A DNA stretch of 63,570 nt, the filler included, from Choristocarpus tenellus KU-1152 (Eukaryota; Protista; Phaeophyceae), in NCBI GenBank assembly GCA_964200185.2. It is 11 parts of 11 records of this genome, joined end to end, with 100 filler letters (N's around TTAATTAATTAA, not from the genome) between each part and the next. Parts side by side here need not be neighbours in the genome. Positions count along the whole stretch, not along the records: positions 22,904 to 28,965 come from CAXNAD020009040.1; positions 29,066 to 34,457 come from CAXNAD020010938.1; positions 34,558 to 38,475 come from CAXNAD020017152.1; positions 38,576 to 46,941 come from CAXNAD020004802.1; 7 more parts are not named here. One strand, given 5' to 3'. Under the pieces are notes generated by a model. The model was not told the DNA's origin. It saw nothing but the letters and a program-made list of their open reading frames with translations, and made no database searches. The number at the start of each line of letters is the position of its first letter. Position 1 is the first letter of the stretch. Both the position numbers and the translations under genes were made by a program. Of this stretch, positions 28,474-42,400 are shown piece after piece.

Positions 28474-31181
28474 CCTCCTCAACCTCCCTTGTCGCTATCA
28501 CAAGTCAAATAAGTCAGTGATTCAAACAAAACAAATAAACGCATTAAAAGCACAAGAATGAAAAGAAAAAAAAAACATGCACCGGCTCAGGCCAATCAAA
28601 ACCCAAGAACCCATTGCCCCCCCCCCAAGCAACCACAACAGGGGAGTAGATAGAGGCAGGTTACAATCCCGCCTTCCATCTTATACAACCAAACCCTCAC
28701 AGCTCACAAGCTCCAGCAACACGCCCAACACATCTTCTGAATCCAGCCTTAAATCACACTCCCCTCTAACTCAAATTTGTTCACACTCTTGCATATAAAA
28801 AAGAAAGTGTGTTGCAAGCCTCTCCCTCCCTCCTTCACTCCCAAAGTCAACAAACTACACTCACTCCAGTTATCATATCCCCCCCAAGCCTCCTCATCTC
28901 AGCCAGCACCAATGGTACGCTCGGGACCATCATTAAACCCGATTTGCCACCACTCTTTCCCCCCCNNNNNNNNNNNNNNNNNNNNNNNNNNNNNNNNNNN
29001 NNNNNNNNNTTAATTAATTAANNNNNNNNNNNNNNNNNNNNNNNNNNNNNNNNNNNNNNNNNNNNCTGGGCACAATGGCACGAAGTCGCACTGCTCTCCT
29101 CCCCAAACTTCCCTTCGGCCGGTCACTCTGGTCCCCCCTTCTTCGCCCACCGTGACCAGGCTTACCCACAGACTTCGTCATTGTACCACCTGGTAATTGA
29201 CTCGCCACTCTCTTCCTGCTTTTCTGAGGCAGCAGAGACACTGCAGAGCAGTGCTCCGACGTGGTTGAAGATCCAACCATATTGTGTGGTAATTCTTTCG
29301 ATGCATCTTCTCTCAGCGTCAGTGTCTCGGCCGCGTGGTCCATTGCGCGATTTGATCATGCTGCTATGCCACAGTACACACACACTTCCTCGTCACCTAA
29401 CATCGCACCGACTATCACATGCTACTTGTTTTTTTGTCTCCTCCCGACAGAGAAGGTGCCGAGGGTAGATCCAGGGGGCAGAGTGACCTTGATGGCTCTC
29501 CTTGTCTCACCGTCGTGGTTCTTGTTGCTGTATGATTCACACGTGTGTGTACTCACGGCCTGTCTGCAAGTGGCGCTAAAACGTTGTCCACAAATCTTCC
29601 TTTTTTGTTCTCTCTTTCCCCAAGGACCGTTTTCGACCAGGAAGCTAACACGAGCCAGTTTTTAGCGGGGAATTCAGCCAACCACTTCATTTTTGTACCA
29701 TTTGAAAATGTGACCAAATTTGCGCGGGAGATGTTCCCCAGCGTTTTTTCCATTCTTTGATCGGGGCATAGTTCCTGTTCACTGGAGATAGTACATTCCT
29801 GCATACAAGTCTTCAGCACATCATGTCATAAGTTTTCATTTGATATTTTCATTGTATAGTTGTGGGAATACAGTGAAAAAAAGCAAGATTGGTCCAGAGA
29901 GTGAAAATTGTACGTTATCTTTGATCCATTAATGAGTATGATAACATCTGTAATTGGTTCACAATAAAGCGTCCGAAATAACCCGAAAGAGTTCAAATCA
30001 CTATCAAGAAAACGTCCGTGTTGGGAAAATATCAGAGAAGACAGTATGACCTCTGAAAAAAGTGTCTGAGAAATGTTAAGAAATCTTCGAACAGCAATGG
30101 AATGGCGGAAATAATTTCCGAAAAATTCTTAAATACTGTTCAAAAAATTAAAAAAAGAAGTTGGAATTTGGGGTAGACCATCATATTGTCGAAACACATG
30201 GAATTTCCTTCACACATTTACACTGTAATAATCCTGACCAGACTTCCCCACTTTGTAGAAATAATGATCACACTTTCACCATGGAGCATACCCCATACAT
30301 ACCCCTCAACTTCACCTCACTCCCCGTCCCTCGTCCTCTCGCTTACTATACAAACGCTGTACCTGGACTACACAAGAATAGCATTATTTAGTAGTAGTGT
30401 CAACTGTAACAGCTATTTTCAGCATGTTCTCGGTTGTCATTACATCAGAATGGTGTAGTATAAGAGTCAACACAAAGGGGACCTTCAAAATTTTGTAGGT
30501 TTCCTACCTCTTCTGTATTTCTTGAACCCACCACTGTAATGGTACATACAGTAGCAGTAGTAGTACTGTTAAGAGTCCAACTACAAGGTGTTCGAATTTT
30601 GTTCTTGGTCGAATTGCGGAAGAATAAAGTTTGGACTCAACCCACAACAAGGATACACATGAACGTGAAACACCGATATACCAAGGGCACTCTATCATAA
30701 AATCTATAGTATGAAGTACGTTGCCAAGAACACACATGAAGAAAGTACCCCCCCTAAAGAGACCGAGGGCATCTTGAAAATTCGACTCCAAGACCTGACT
30801 GCCCTTCCGTAACTAGACCAAAGAATCTCCTCCCTGCATCAAACGTCCTTACCCTTTCTCCCTGCTTGCTCTTCCTTTCAACCCAAGTGATACTACTTGC
30901 TGGGCATCTGACGGCATCGCAGGTCTGAAGAGCGAGGTTTTTCATCTCGACCAGTTCTCCACCTCCAATAGTACCACCTCTAACCTGATCCCCCCCACAA
31001 GTATATCCTTCGACATCTGAGCGACATATGTGCCCTGAGACTCTGATTTGCAACGATCTTTTCCGATAAACAACACACTTGGTCGCTTGAACATGCTTTT
31101 TCGGATAGTGCTACTCTCCCTAATTTATCTTTGATTTCCTGCACCCCTCCATCCATATTCCCTGTTGCCTAGTAACAGGGC

Positions 31182-31745
31182 ATGTCTTTAATATGCGCTG
31201 CTGTAATTGCTGCCAAAGATCCCTTACATCAGCGTGGCAATGTTGTTGTGGCTGTTGGGATAGGCAAATCTCTCCAACAATCCTCGTTCCCTGATGGATC
31301 TGAAACAACAATAGCAAGTGCCAAATTGCTTCAGGGGCAAGAAGGTGCGATGATGCCCCTATAGAGTAAAAATGTCCCTGCAAAGAATCTCGTTTTGGTT
31401 CCATGTACGGTCGAAACAACTCTATATTGCAATTCTATTCACACAGGAACAACAGGCTGGATTGGAGTTTCATCAACTCGCAGACTGTGGGTTGGGTATA
31501 TCGAGAGTAATAAAGGAGGGGATGCAGCAATCCATGCGGATAAGTTGCGACAGGATGGACTTCAGTTTCTCTCTCACTCGTGCGATGCACTTGCCGGGTT
31601 GAATGCTATGGAGCCATTGGGGTCTGGCGTGATGGGATGCACCTTACTTGCATTCGATGGAGCTACCACTGCCGCTCTCGTCATAGAAGACAAGAGAAGG
31701 ATTTTCTGCGGTATCATCCCTTCAGGGATATACCAGATCAGGTGA
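31182..31745 (+). pseudogene. Possible decayed SET-domain-like coding segment
   Basis: One frame with a single internal TAG. AIHADKLRQDGLQFLSHSCD resembles the SET motif IDA..GN..RFINHSC. Confidence 0.3.
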
Positions 31746-33531
31746 GAGATGTTTCTTCGTGATTAAGCAGTCACCCCTACTAATATCTTCACCCCCTATG
31801 AGAGATGACTTTGCTCACTCTCGATGAGATCAGTTCTCAGGTGCTGTCTCACGGCAATTCTGTTACTTGTAAGATTTATATCTTTGTGTGGGGCAGAATA
31901 TGTACGATTGACTGCAGCCACCAGTAGATGCTGGCATGGAGGTAATCACAAGGCGTATCGATATACTGTTTTAATATCCATATATTACTTGGTTTGATGT
32001 TTCTCGTACTGATGTATGGTTCACAGGAGCTCTTTGTATGGTAGGTTTCTACCATATATAATCTAACAAACCCTCTGATTTGGTCTGCATGGATTAACTC
32101 TAACTCACCTTACCTTGAACCACAATAATGAAGGAGGGACACATCTCAAAGTAACACATACTACTAAGTATCCCAATAATGATCGATCTCGTTATGTTAT
32201 GTTATTATTTATATTCACTGGCATTTCCCGGATAGGTCATCAGATGCTGTTATGAAGGGAGCAAAGAAGAAACGTAAAATTTATTGTGCTAACCAGTATT
32301 TTGCAGATATGTTGTCAAGTGGGGAACAAGAAGAAATACGTAAGGCAAAGAGAAAACATCAACACTTCCATGTGGGTCAGCCATCTCTCTTCTAGTTTTT
32401 ATGTCACCTGAATCAACAGAGAGTCTGTATTACTTATACGAAAAGTTTTCTGATGCGCCAACGAGAGTTGGATAACATAGCTTGTAATGAGGAACAAATT
32501 TCACCATCAAAGTGGGTGCTATTTGTTGTATATGTCCATCCTCTACTTTCTTTTTATTGTGATTATTGTTGATGGTGGTTACTTCCGTAATCGACAAATT
32601 CCGTACCAGAAAGAAAAATCTTTGACATTTCTCCACCTGTCCCCAGGGGATGTTCTGATGAGCTTTGCTGCAAAAAAACTACTAGTGGAGAACAAATTTC
32701 ATTATCACAAAGTGTGGTTGCGTCGTGATTTTTCGTTTTTGAGGTGGCTGTTTGGATTCCAAAGTGTATTATTGTTTTATGCTGTTTTCTAGATCAGGTA
32801 CTCTGGAGGGCGAAGCCTGCATTGAGACTTGGTTTTCTTGTGTGTCAAGTCAAGGTTGACAACCTCCATGGAATTTTGGCTGTGGTGAAGAAGCTGATGC
32901 ACCTGGGCATTCCTCAAATACTTCAGGACCATCAGACTTCAAACAGACAGGAACGTTCTTCCTAATTCCCTCCAACATGAAATGACAATTTCTCCACATG
33001 GTATCTATTCTACACGCTGCTTCTTTGTGTCTTTCTCTACCGACAGACACCTCCTCTCCGAACTTCTCCTGTTGGGTGCCAGGCAGCCTTTCCTTGACCT
33101 GGGGAAAGAAGACTCCCGTTTCTTCACCATGTTGGGGTGCATGTCGACAAAGTTGGCAGATGGCTTTCAAGGACTCTCTTAGTCTCTATCGCGTAGAAGA
33201 AGGTAGATAATACATCCTTGTTGCTCATGTCTGCAGTAGTTGCATATGCGCTGCCCGATAATGAGACAGCTCATTATCAGTAAATGCATTGCCTGCCTCC
33301 CATCAGCCTCTTTTGTCTCCTTGATGGCACTGTCAAGACAGAAAATGGCGTGGTAATGACACTCCTCTAGCTCCTCTACTCATTTCTCTTTTTGATCCTG
33401 CTGCATGTGATCAGGTTTCACCATTTTCCTTATGTCATATTACTGATACCCTCAAGACCAAAGGGATGAAAGTTCATCATCCATTTTCCCCGTCAATCCT
33501 TCAGAACGTCAACTTCCAAACTCTTCCAGAA

Positions 33532-33790
33532 GAGTCAAAGTATCTTAGAGGGTAGAACCGCGTCCATTTGGAGGTCAAAATCCATTGTTGCAATTTTGAT
33601 GAAAAATTGGCTATCGTTTTTGTTAGGAAGTGTCAATGTCCTTGCTTCGGACAAACCTTTTTGTAACATATATATTTTACCTACTCCGAAACACTTTGGG
33701 GTAGGAAAATGTCATCAAAAAACCCATGGGGAGCCAAGCCCCAAATGGACAAACAGGGCAAAACTCGTACCCTCTAAGATACTTTCACTC
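33532..33790 (+). mobile_element. 259-bp Sola2-like MITE, TSD AGAA
   Basis: Same TIRs and internal sequence as the 26525 copy; AGAA on both flanks. Confidence 0.9.
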
Positions 33791-34272
33791 AGAAACTATG
33801 GCCCTTGGATAGTTCCTTGCCTACTAGCTGAGCAGAAATAATGTCAACCTCCGTATTTGCCTTCCTGCACTCCTTCAACGCATTCAACATCACATTATTT
33901 CCAAGACTTCCCCATGTGTGACCTGCTCAATACCGTTAGCCTCCACGCCAATCCTCGTCCATCAGTAGGTCAGTCGCTTGCCCAAATGTTGCATCGCCTC
34001 GATATTTCATTATGGGGCAACCTACAGCGGGACAGTGCAGTTGATCTTCCATCACCACCAAGTTTCGACTTCCCCACGACCTCCACCCACCCCTCTGTAT
34101 TGAAGACTCTAAAAGAATGCATGCTCTCTGTCCTAGCTGTGGCACAGTTCCCCTTATCTCAATTACAAGTTAGGACAACTGCAATTGAATATCATTGACT
34201 CACCTTCTGGGTGATAAACCAAGACCACAATTTAATAGATTTTCCCCATCTGCCTGTGCCAACACCAGTGAT

Positions 34273-34452
34273 GACACAAAGTATTTTGGGGGGAGTGGCG
34301 GCTGTCCATTTGGGATCCATTTTTCCATGTCGCAATTTTTGGGTGATTTGTTGCATGGGTCAGATGGATATAATGTAAGTTCACTTCTCCTGGTCAGGGC
34401 CCAAATGGACACCTTGGCGTAGACCCCCCCCCCCTTACAGATACTTTGGGTC
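34273..34452 (+). mobile_element. MITE of a related subfamily (TIR core CAAAGTAT..GGGG). Partial relatives at 46884-46941 and 15282-15325
   Basis: GACACAAAGTATTTTGGGGGG ... CCCCCCTTACAGATACTTTGGGTC. No clean TSD. Confidence 0.65.
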
Positions 34453-34557
34453 CATACNNNNNNNNNNNNNNNNNNNNNNNNNNNNNNNNNNNNNNNNNNN
34501 NTTAATTAATTAANNNNNNNNNNNNNNNNNNNNNNNNNNNNNNNNNNNNNNNNNNNN

Positions 34558-35118
34558 TAGGACCCCCTTCGACTGGTACGTGCCCAGCCGGAGGCCGTGT
34601 GCTGGGCACAGCGGCCTGGATGATAGGATGATTTCCGTCGCCGACTCTTTCAGACTGAACCATGGGATTGCCAACGTTTCTTGACAACTGCACTACCGTG
34701 GCCATAAGCTGTCTGAATTCTTGGACCGATGGGCCCTCGGAAGGAACAGGTTCCTGCAATTCTTGAATCGCATCTCCTCGTGTAGACACGATGAAATGAT
34801 GGGTTAGAAACCTAAGGTTCCATATACAGACACCAAGCAATAGATTGTGTTAAAGTATCTCCCAAATCATCAAAGAGGATAAAGGTGATAAACCCAGCGA
34901 GATTACTTGGTGTCTGTAGAGTGATTAATTTTAGGTGGGGCATGCATCGCCCCATATAAAATCAGAAATATTTCCTTTTTTATATGATAATTTTTCTCAT
35001 ACAACTAATCCCTAGTAAAAGGTTCTGATAACTCAACCACTAATTGATTGTTCCATTACTCCATACATATCTTACTGCAGCTCTCCGATAGAGTTGGAAG
35101 AGTCTAATCGAACAGAGT
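34558..35118 (-). mobile_element. Repeated 5' segment of a probable retroelement (gag-like start); second copy at about 38710-39040
   Basis: Two contigs share a diverged copy (VSTRGDAIQEL.EPVPSEG...LMATV..LSRNVGN) plus the downstream CCAAATCATCAAAGAGGAT..GTCTGTAGAG. Confidence 0.55.
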
Positions 35119-37425
35119 ATGCCATAGATTCATTCAGAGAGGAAAATGTTCTGAGTTGTGTTCATGTTTCAAGAAAATTACAACGTTAGCCCAATAATGG
35201 TTGAATATACTTGGAGTGATTTCTTCTACATATGTCTCTGTGTAGCATAAAATAGCCTCATTAAATGGAATGTCTTCTCTTGCCTTTGCCGTGTGTTAGG
35301 ACGAGTCCCCTGCATCCCCTCCTGAACATATAGAAAACCCTTGTTAGACTCCTCCTCTAGGTTTCCCTGTGCAGGATGCTGCAGTTTCTTCCACGCACAC
35401 AACCACACCCACATGAAATATCCCAACCCTTCATACAGAAAGAGCCGAAGCATCTCAAGTATCGTCCCTATCTTGACCCCTATCCTGCCTTTCCTCTACG
35501 TTAGAGGTCAGACCTCCTAACTCTCGTCCCCAAGATTATAGAACTTCTTGACTGAAGTCCTCTCCCAGGTATCATGACATTTGCCACAGTTACTTCCTAA
35601 TATTTCCTTCTGTCACACAAAGAGCCCAAGCACTCGATTACAGCCACCCCTAACCTGTGTTCCGACTTTGGGTCAGATCCCTTAATAACCTATACGTCAG
35701 AATGAAATACCTTGCTGCACTCCTCCAGGTGTTCTACGCAAGTCAAATTTCCACCCCATACTCATATTGTCCCTATGTTACTACACAAAGCACACAAGTA
35801 CTTCAATTGTCGTTCTCTGTCTATACCACCTCTTTCCCATGTTGTCCGTTGCCCCTTTACTCTTCTCCCTACGATCTATATTGAAAATCCTTGTTGGGCT
35901 CCTCCTCCAGGTGTCAAATTCAGAGCGAGAGGAAGAATAAATTTATGATGAACAAGAAATGCTATCTCGACTTCCTTTCGATATTGTCCCCTCTTACGTC
36001 GCTCTTGTTATGTCTTGTGTCTCTCCCGCTTCTTTTTTTTTTGAGGCGGAACTACATCCGATTGGTTCTCTTTTCTTTGTATCACATATAATATTTAATC
36101 TCCCTGAAGAATATTGTGAAGATAAAGATGGTGTCAAAGATCAAGTTTTAAGTAGTTCTTCAACTCCTTTCACACGACGAAACCCCTACGCCCCAACACT
36201 GTCAAGTTCCTGTGTGATGGGGCATCGAGTGCCACGGTGTGATAGGTAACGAAAAGTGACGGTGGAAGTATATGGAGGAATAGTGTTGGATGTGCAAAAA
36301 GCCAATATCGACAGTAATAGAATAATTTTCTATTCCAATATCGATCTCCTCATTATCTTCATCTTCACGAGATTGTTGGCGATCGTTGTGATACCCTGCA
36401 GACAAATTTGAGTCAAACAGTAGGCTACAATGCAAGAGATGCAGCAGGCATGACGGTAGCAGCTTTGTTAGAGGTGATATTAGGATGGTACACAGACATT
36501 CACAAGGAGAGATGCATAACATGTGTTGATTTGTACTTTTACTTCTCTGGCATTGCCCCATCAATAACACACCCCATCACTCTGCCAACACGAATAAGAC
36601 ACACGCCGGGATGCAATAAAAGCAGATTAAAACATCCTTCAAAAACCTTCTCTGCCAAGGTGACAACCCTCTTCACAGAGGATGAATTTCTTCATTTGAG
36701 TGCCTCAATGAATGACCACACAGTTTCTGTCAATCACCGTCTGCTTGAGTAATATATGCCACAGATGTACCAGTACCCATCTCACTTCAACCAAAGTCTG
36801 ATTGAGTAAGACATCCCTTCAGACACATCAAACCGAACCCACAGGTGTCTTGTTGCGCTATGACACACGCTTGCCTCTAACCGTGTTAATAAATTACAGC
36901 ACAACCAAACGTACCCTTCACATCGAACACTGTCTGACTGAATACTACATGTCATCAGACCTACCAGAACAAATTCATCAGTGCTTTGTTGCGCAATGAT
37001 CTCCTTCGTCAAAAATCAGACACATCACAAGAACACACAGCTCATACGAAATCAGGTTTGAACAGGTTATGCACCTGGTGTCCCTTCCCAAAGGAAGTTG
37101 AGTGGTGTTGATTTCTTCTGCTACGGTCTGGTAGCACATTGTATACATGATATGACAAAACAAACATCCTCACAAATCTGTGTCATGCCAATACGCATAT
37201 GATATGTTGTATAATGCGTCTGAACCCGCTGGTTAAAGTGTTTCTTTTCGTTGGAATTCGCGCGGAAACTATTCAGCGTATTGTGGAGTTGAGAACCAGG
37301 AAACACTGCAGCGAAGGATCTGTCATTCCGTCAACAAGGATGCAAATACGTAGAAACGCACCCCTGAAACGAGGAGCGAACCTCGAGGTTGAATGGTGTC
37401 TTCCAGACGAAAATCTGAGGGAAAT

Positions 37426-37904
37426 TATCTCTTAGAGGGTACGAGTTTTGCCCTGTTTGTCTGTTTGGGGCTTGGGTCCCCACGGTGTTTTTAGGACTCT
37501 TTCCTACTCCGAAATGGTTATGAAAACGGGTGTCCGGAACAAGAATATTGTCACTTCCTAACAAACACCATTGGAGTCACAAAATATCTTAGAGGGTAGA
37601 GCCGCGTCCGTTTGGGGGTCAAAATCCAATTTTTCGATTTTGATATAATTTCGGCGATCGTCTTTGTTAGAGTTTGTCAATATCCTTGACCCGGGCACAC
37701 CTTTTCATAACGTACACATTTTACCTACTTCGAAACATTTCAGAGTAGGAAAATGTCATTAAAAACCCTTGGGAAGCCAAGCCCCAATTGGACAAACATG
37801 GCACAACTCGGAACCTGTAAGATACTTTCACTCATAGCCAAAATTACATCAAAATCACAACATTGGGTTATGGCCAACCAAATCGACGCGGCTCTAACCT
37901 CTAT
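37426..37904. mobile_element. Nested Sola2-like MITEs: a + copy (37574-37833) inserted inside a - copy
   Basis: The outer copy resumes exactly (ATAGCCAAAATTACA) after the inner CTC end; TSD ATTG/ATAG with one mismatch. Confidence 0.85.
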
Positions 37905-39479
37905 GAATTTTTTATTTATATATATATATATATTTAAAGGCTGAGAATAGAAAGAATATACCGTACATTGAACCAACCCCACCTCACCTCATTTGCTCAT
38001 TCACTCACGCAAGGAGCAACTAAGAAGGTCGAACAAGAAAGCACTTGTCGTTGATATCATGAGGAGGACGATAACCGTCGCACCTCACACGTGGGATGGT
38101 CACCAGACAGCAACTAAGAGACCTGACCAACATGTGGAATGAAGCTACGGACTCCCAAGGCATACATCCTGCAATATCCTAAAAGGTATGCCCAGGCCGC
38201 CATCGCTAGTACATATACTTGTCCATGTAACCAGGCCCCTCGCAAATATCGGAAGCAGTGATTACTGCTTCCACAGTAAATGAGGCTTATTATATCCCAT
38301 ACCATACGATTTTCAAACCCCACCTGTTTTTCCGAATCCTACTCAAGCGGTATTCATGAGTAACACATGATCCACCTCTCACGAAATATTTTCCAGAGAA
38401 ATCCTTCTGTAGAATTAATAAATGATCAGTTCAAAGTCATTCGCGCACATCCCCTTCCTTCAAAAACATGATTAANNNNNNNNNNNNNNNNNNNNNNNNN
38501 NNNNNNNNNNNNNNNNNNNTTAATTAATTAANNNNNNNNNNNNNNNNNNNNNNNNNNNNNNNNNNNNNNNNNNNNCGAACAATATGTGCGCCTGTCCCCA
38601 AGCTCTCCGAAGAACCGGACCTCCTGCTTGCTCCACTTCTGATGCTCCCAGCATCCAAACTGTTTCCCCTCTCTCTGAAATATGCCCTCAACATGGGTTC
38701 CATAGGACCCATAGGACCCACTTCGACTGGTACGCCCCCAGCCGGAGACCGTGTGCTGGGCACAGCGGCCTGGACAACGGGATGATCTCCGTCGCCGACT
38801 CTTTTCAGATTGAATCATGAGATTGCCAACATTTCTTGACAACTCCGCTACCGTCGCCATAAGCTATCTGAAGTCTTGGATAGATTGCCCCTCGGAAGGA
38901 ACAGGTTCCCGCAATTCTTGAATCGCATCTCCTCGTGTAGACATGANNNNNNNNNNCCAAAATCATCAAAGAGGATAAAAGTCATAAACCCAGCGAGATT
39001 GAATGGTGTCTGTAGAGTTAGAAGAGTCTAATCGAACAAAGTCCTGGGTTGGTGCTGTGCTTAGAATAATCGTGCGTGGACTTCAGTATACAATCCTCCA
39101 AGATTCGAAGGAGAACGAGATCGAATCTAGGTTGTGGACACTTGGACAAAGCAAGAGGTGGCGCATAGAGTATTGAGAAGAAGGGGGGAGGTGCGTTATA
39201 GTGTTCAAGGAATAAATAGCGGCTTTGAGAAGGACAGGGTATCCATCGCAGCCCCTGACGAATTGTTTGGAAAGGTTAGCTGAGCAGACGGAGAAGAGTT
39301 GTTTGATTGATGTATTATATTTTAGTTGTCTAACCTTGTAGCAGACACGCTCTTTTAAACAAGTAATAACACAGGTCTAATCCTCAACGATTGTATAATA
39401 TATGATACGCTTACGACCCTGACTGATAGCAATGTATCTGATACCGCTATCTAATTGCATAACTCATGGAATGGAAAGT

Positions 39480-42400
39480 GCATGAACATGGTAGTAGTCG
39501 GACACCAAGGCAAGGTACACTGGTGCATAAATCACTACAACCTGCAACTCTACCCGTACTTCAACAAAAAACCGAAACGACCGAAGCCCTATTTCAATTG
39601 GTGGGCGGACTCGAAATCGCTTTCGTCCCCCACTCTGTGAGCTTAGGGTATGCCTCGAGTACCTGGCGTTCCAAGTTTCGGACTTCACAAGGCTCCAGAA
39701 GATAGCCTTCCTCGCCTGGAGTGCTTCCACATGCTCGGGACAACGTGTTGCCTGGCTTCCCTCCACGATCGCCGAGTTTAACCTGTGTGGGCTCGAGGAC
39801 GTTGCATTCATCCCTGAACACAAGAGAAACGGCCCCTTTACCGGCCTTGATGAGCCTGAACCCATGGTCGTATATGACTTGGGTGAGGATTTGCGTCTGC
39901 ACTCGATACTGTGAAGAAGCAGGTTTCGTTGCTGATCGTAGGAGCTCGGTAACGCACGCCTCCATGAAGGCTTCAGTGATCCCCACATCGGATGCATCGC
40001 CGGAGTCGGCCGCGTCCTGTGTGATGCAATCCTCATCACCATGAGATGATCTTTCGTCGTCATCGTCGTACCTCGATGTAGATGAACACGGATTTACCTT
40101 GGCAGAAGTGAAAACGTTGTCGAAGAAGCCAGGTTCCAATGCGCTGCCATGAGGACCATGAGGCTGTTTGAAGGGTCTCAGTCGTCCAGCACCTCCTCTC
40201 ACCCTCTTCTTCCTAATTAGCGTCCTTTTCCCCTGTCCTTTGCCCTTCTTGGAAGGCTTGTCCCTCGGGGTTGGGGTAGGATCAGCATGGACGAGGTTCT
40301 CACTTCGCCTCACAGTATGGTCGTAGATGTTCCCTGGCACTTGTGCCTTGTCGCTGCCGCTGCCTACTGAATGGGCGTTCGGTGACATAAATGGGTCACT
40401 CCTGACAGGCGTGGACTCTGAGTCCTTGCCTAGGCGCCCCCTCACGTCCTCCTGTGCAAGTTTCTCTGGACATGACAAAGCGTTACAAACGGATCGGCCC
40501 CCATCGCCTTCAGAGTTGTGTTCCAAGGGTGTAATTGTACGCCTCCCCCCTCGTAGAGTCCTGCTTCCCGTACCTACTGCAGGGCTAGGCGATGGGCTAT
40601 CTTGTTCCTCTTCATCACCTGGTGGGTCGGGTCCTCCACAGGGTATAGGCGTGGATATGCCACCAGCTACCGGTGTCTTCACCAGTGTAAAATTGCGTAA
40701 GGTGGAGAGTTTGTCTATCAGGAGTTTGATACGATCCGGATCTAGGTTGTTCCCGAGGGCGGTGCATGTGATTACCATGCCTCCTGGTCAGGTCTGGAGA
40801 AGGGCGACTCTCTCGTGAGCAGCGCTCGTTTCGGACCTGAACTTCTCGAGGTCGTGCTCGGGTGTGTCGTTCTTGTCTGGGGTGATCACGATGGTTGTGA
40901 CTCTAGGTATCTCTGTGGTGGTGGAGGAGTAGGCAAAGGACGTGGCGAAGTAGGGGTCAAAACAACGGGAGGAGGTGTTAGCGTTACGAGTCAAGGGATG
41001 AGATAGAGGTTGGTGAAAAAGAGTAAGCGAGGCAGGATACAGAGGAGGAGGTAGGGGCTGAGCAAAGGATGGATGGATAAGAGTACTAGCGGTTCGTTAA
41101 ATTTAGGCGGATATTCGAGCCCATAAAACAGGAAGACAAATAGGGCTGGTAACATAGGGTGAAGAGGATGCGTATAGGACTAGCATGTAACTGCGAGATA
41201 ATTTCCCTACTTTTGCCGGGTTCTGTCGATCGGTACAATACAGTGAACGTATTAGTCAATCTGTTCGACGAGCAACTTCACAACATATGAAACTGGAGAA
41301 CCCTGTGACAATTTATGTTGTGAAAATGTCAAACGCCGTAAGATCTGTTAGAGTCTAGGTAGTGTGTTTGGTGTAGGGAACCATGTGTGGATGTTAACCT
41401 ATGGCAATGTTGTACAATGATGTAATTGCTTACCTGCGTGTTCGTCATTGGTGTTCAGGGTAATGCCATTAGAGCATTTGACGTCCAGGTATTTTGTACC
41501 CTCCTCCACATCCTCCCTCAACATGGAGATCCCTTTTCATCTGTGGATTTTACGGGTTACATTGATGTGTGCGATCAGGGCATTTATTGTAAGGTGGCTT
41601 GATAGGAACTGAAATACGGTGGAGAGATGAGATGATGAACCTCACACACAGTTAAGTACCTCGTCGCTGAGGAGATATTTTTTGGTAGGAGGACCCTCGA
41701 CTGAAGACCCTGCTGATGGACCATCGGCGTAGGGGTCTATCCCGAGCTTGTCTTTCCTTTTTAGGTCGTCCATAACTTGTATGGCGACCTCGAGGACAGC
41801 CCTCTCGATGAGGACATTCTTGATGTACATACGTCTCATGTATGCCAATTCGACTTTCCAGGGTTGAGACGCCCACTCTCCTTCGCCTGGGTGGCAGACG
41901 CCGTGTCTGGATCGCCGACCCCTGGTCTATTCTTCTTCCCCTTTCCTTTTGTCTTCTTCTCTCCTTTGTCCTGGTCGGCTGGGGGCCGTTTGTTCCGGAC
42001 GCCCCTAAGAGTGTGGGAGAACTGTCATGGAGAAGCACATGGGTAGCGGAACAGTAAGTCACATGGATGACATGGGTGTCTGCCTCGCGAGGCATGAACT
42101 AGACGGTGAACATTGCAGCTGTTGCAGGATCAGGAGGGGGGTATATGCATATTCATCCATACGTTACTTGAATCGTCATGGTCAAAATCGACTTACCCAT
42201 TCCTCTGGAAATGTCTCTGTCCCGACAACATACGTCAACGAGAGTGCGTCAGTAGGCAATTTTTTGGCAGCCTGTTCTGAGAAGAGGTTGGTAGCCACCT
42301 CGACAATGTCGCACTAGCGACGACCTTGGGGATTCTCCCCTCTAAGGATGGCTAATCCGACTTCAGCGAGGACATCGGTGCACATTCTTGCGAAATAGTG

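Noticed and set aside
33596-33841. Recurrent small ORFs ending PSPKWTNRAKLVPSKILSL (also near 26406, 37753, 44537)
   Set aside because: Chance translations of the non-coding MITE.
35100-37420. Chromodomain/integrase or CxC transposase remnants
   Set aside because: The sequence is coding-like but too degraded; no motif series I can support.
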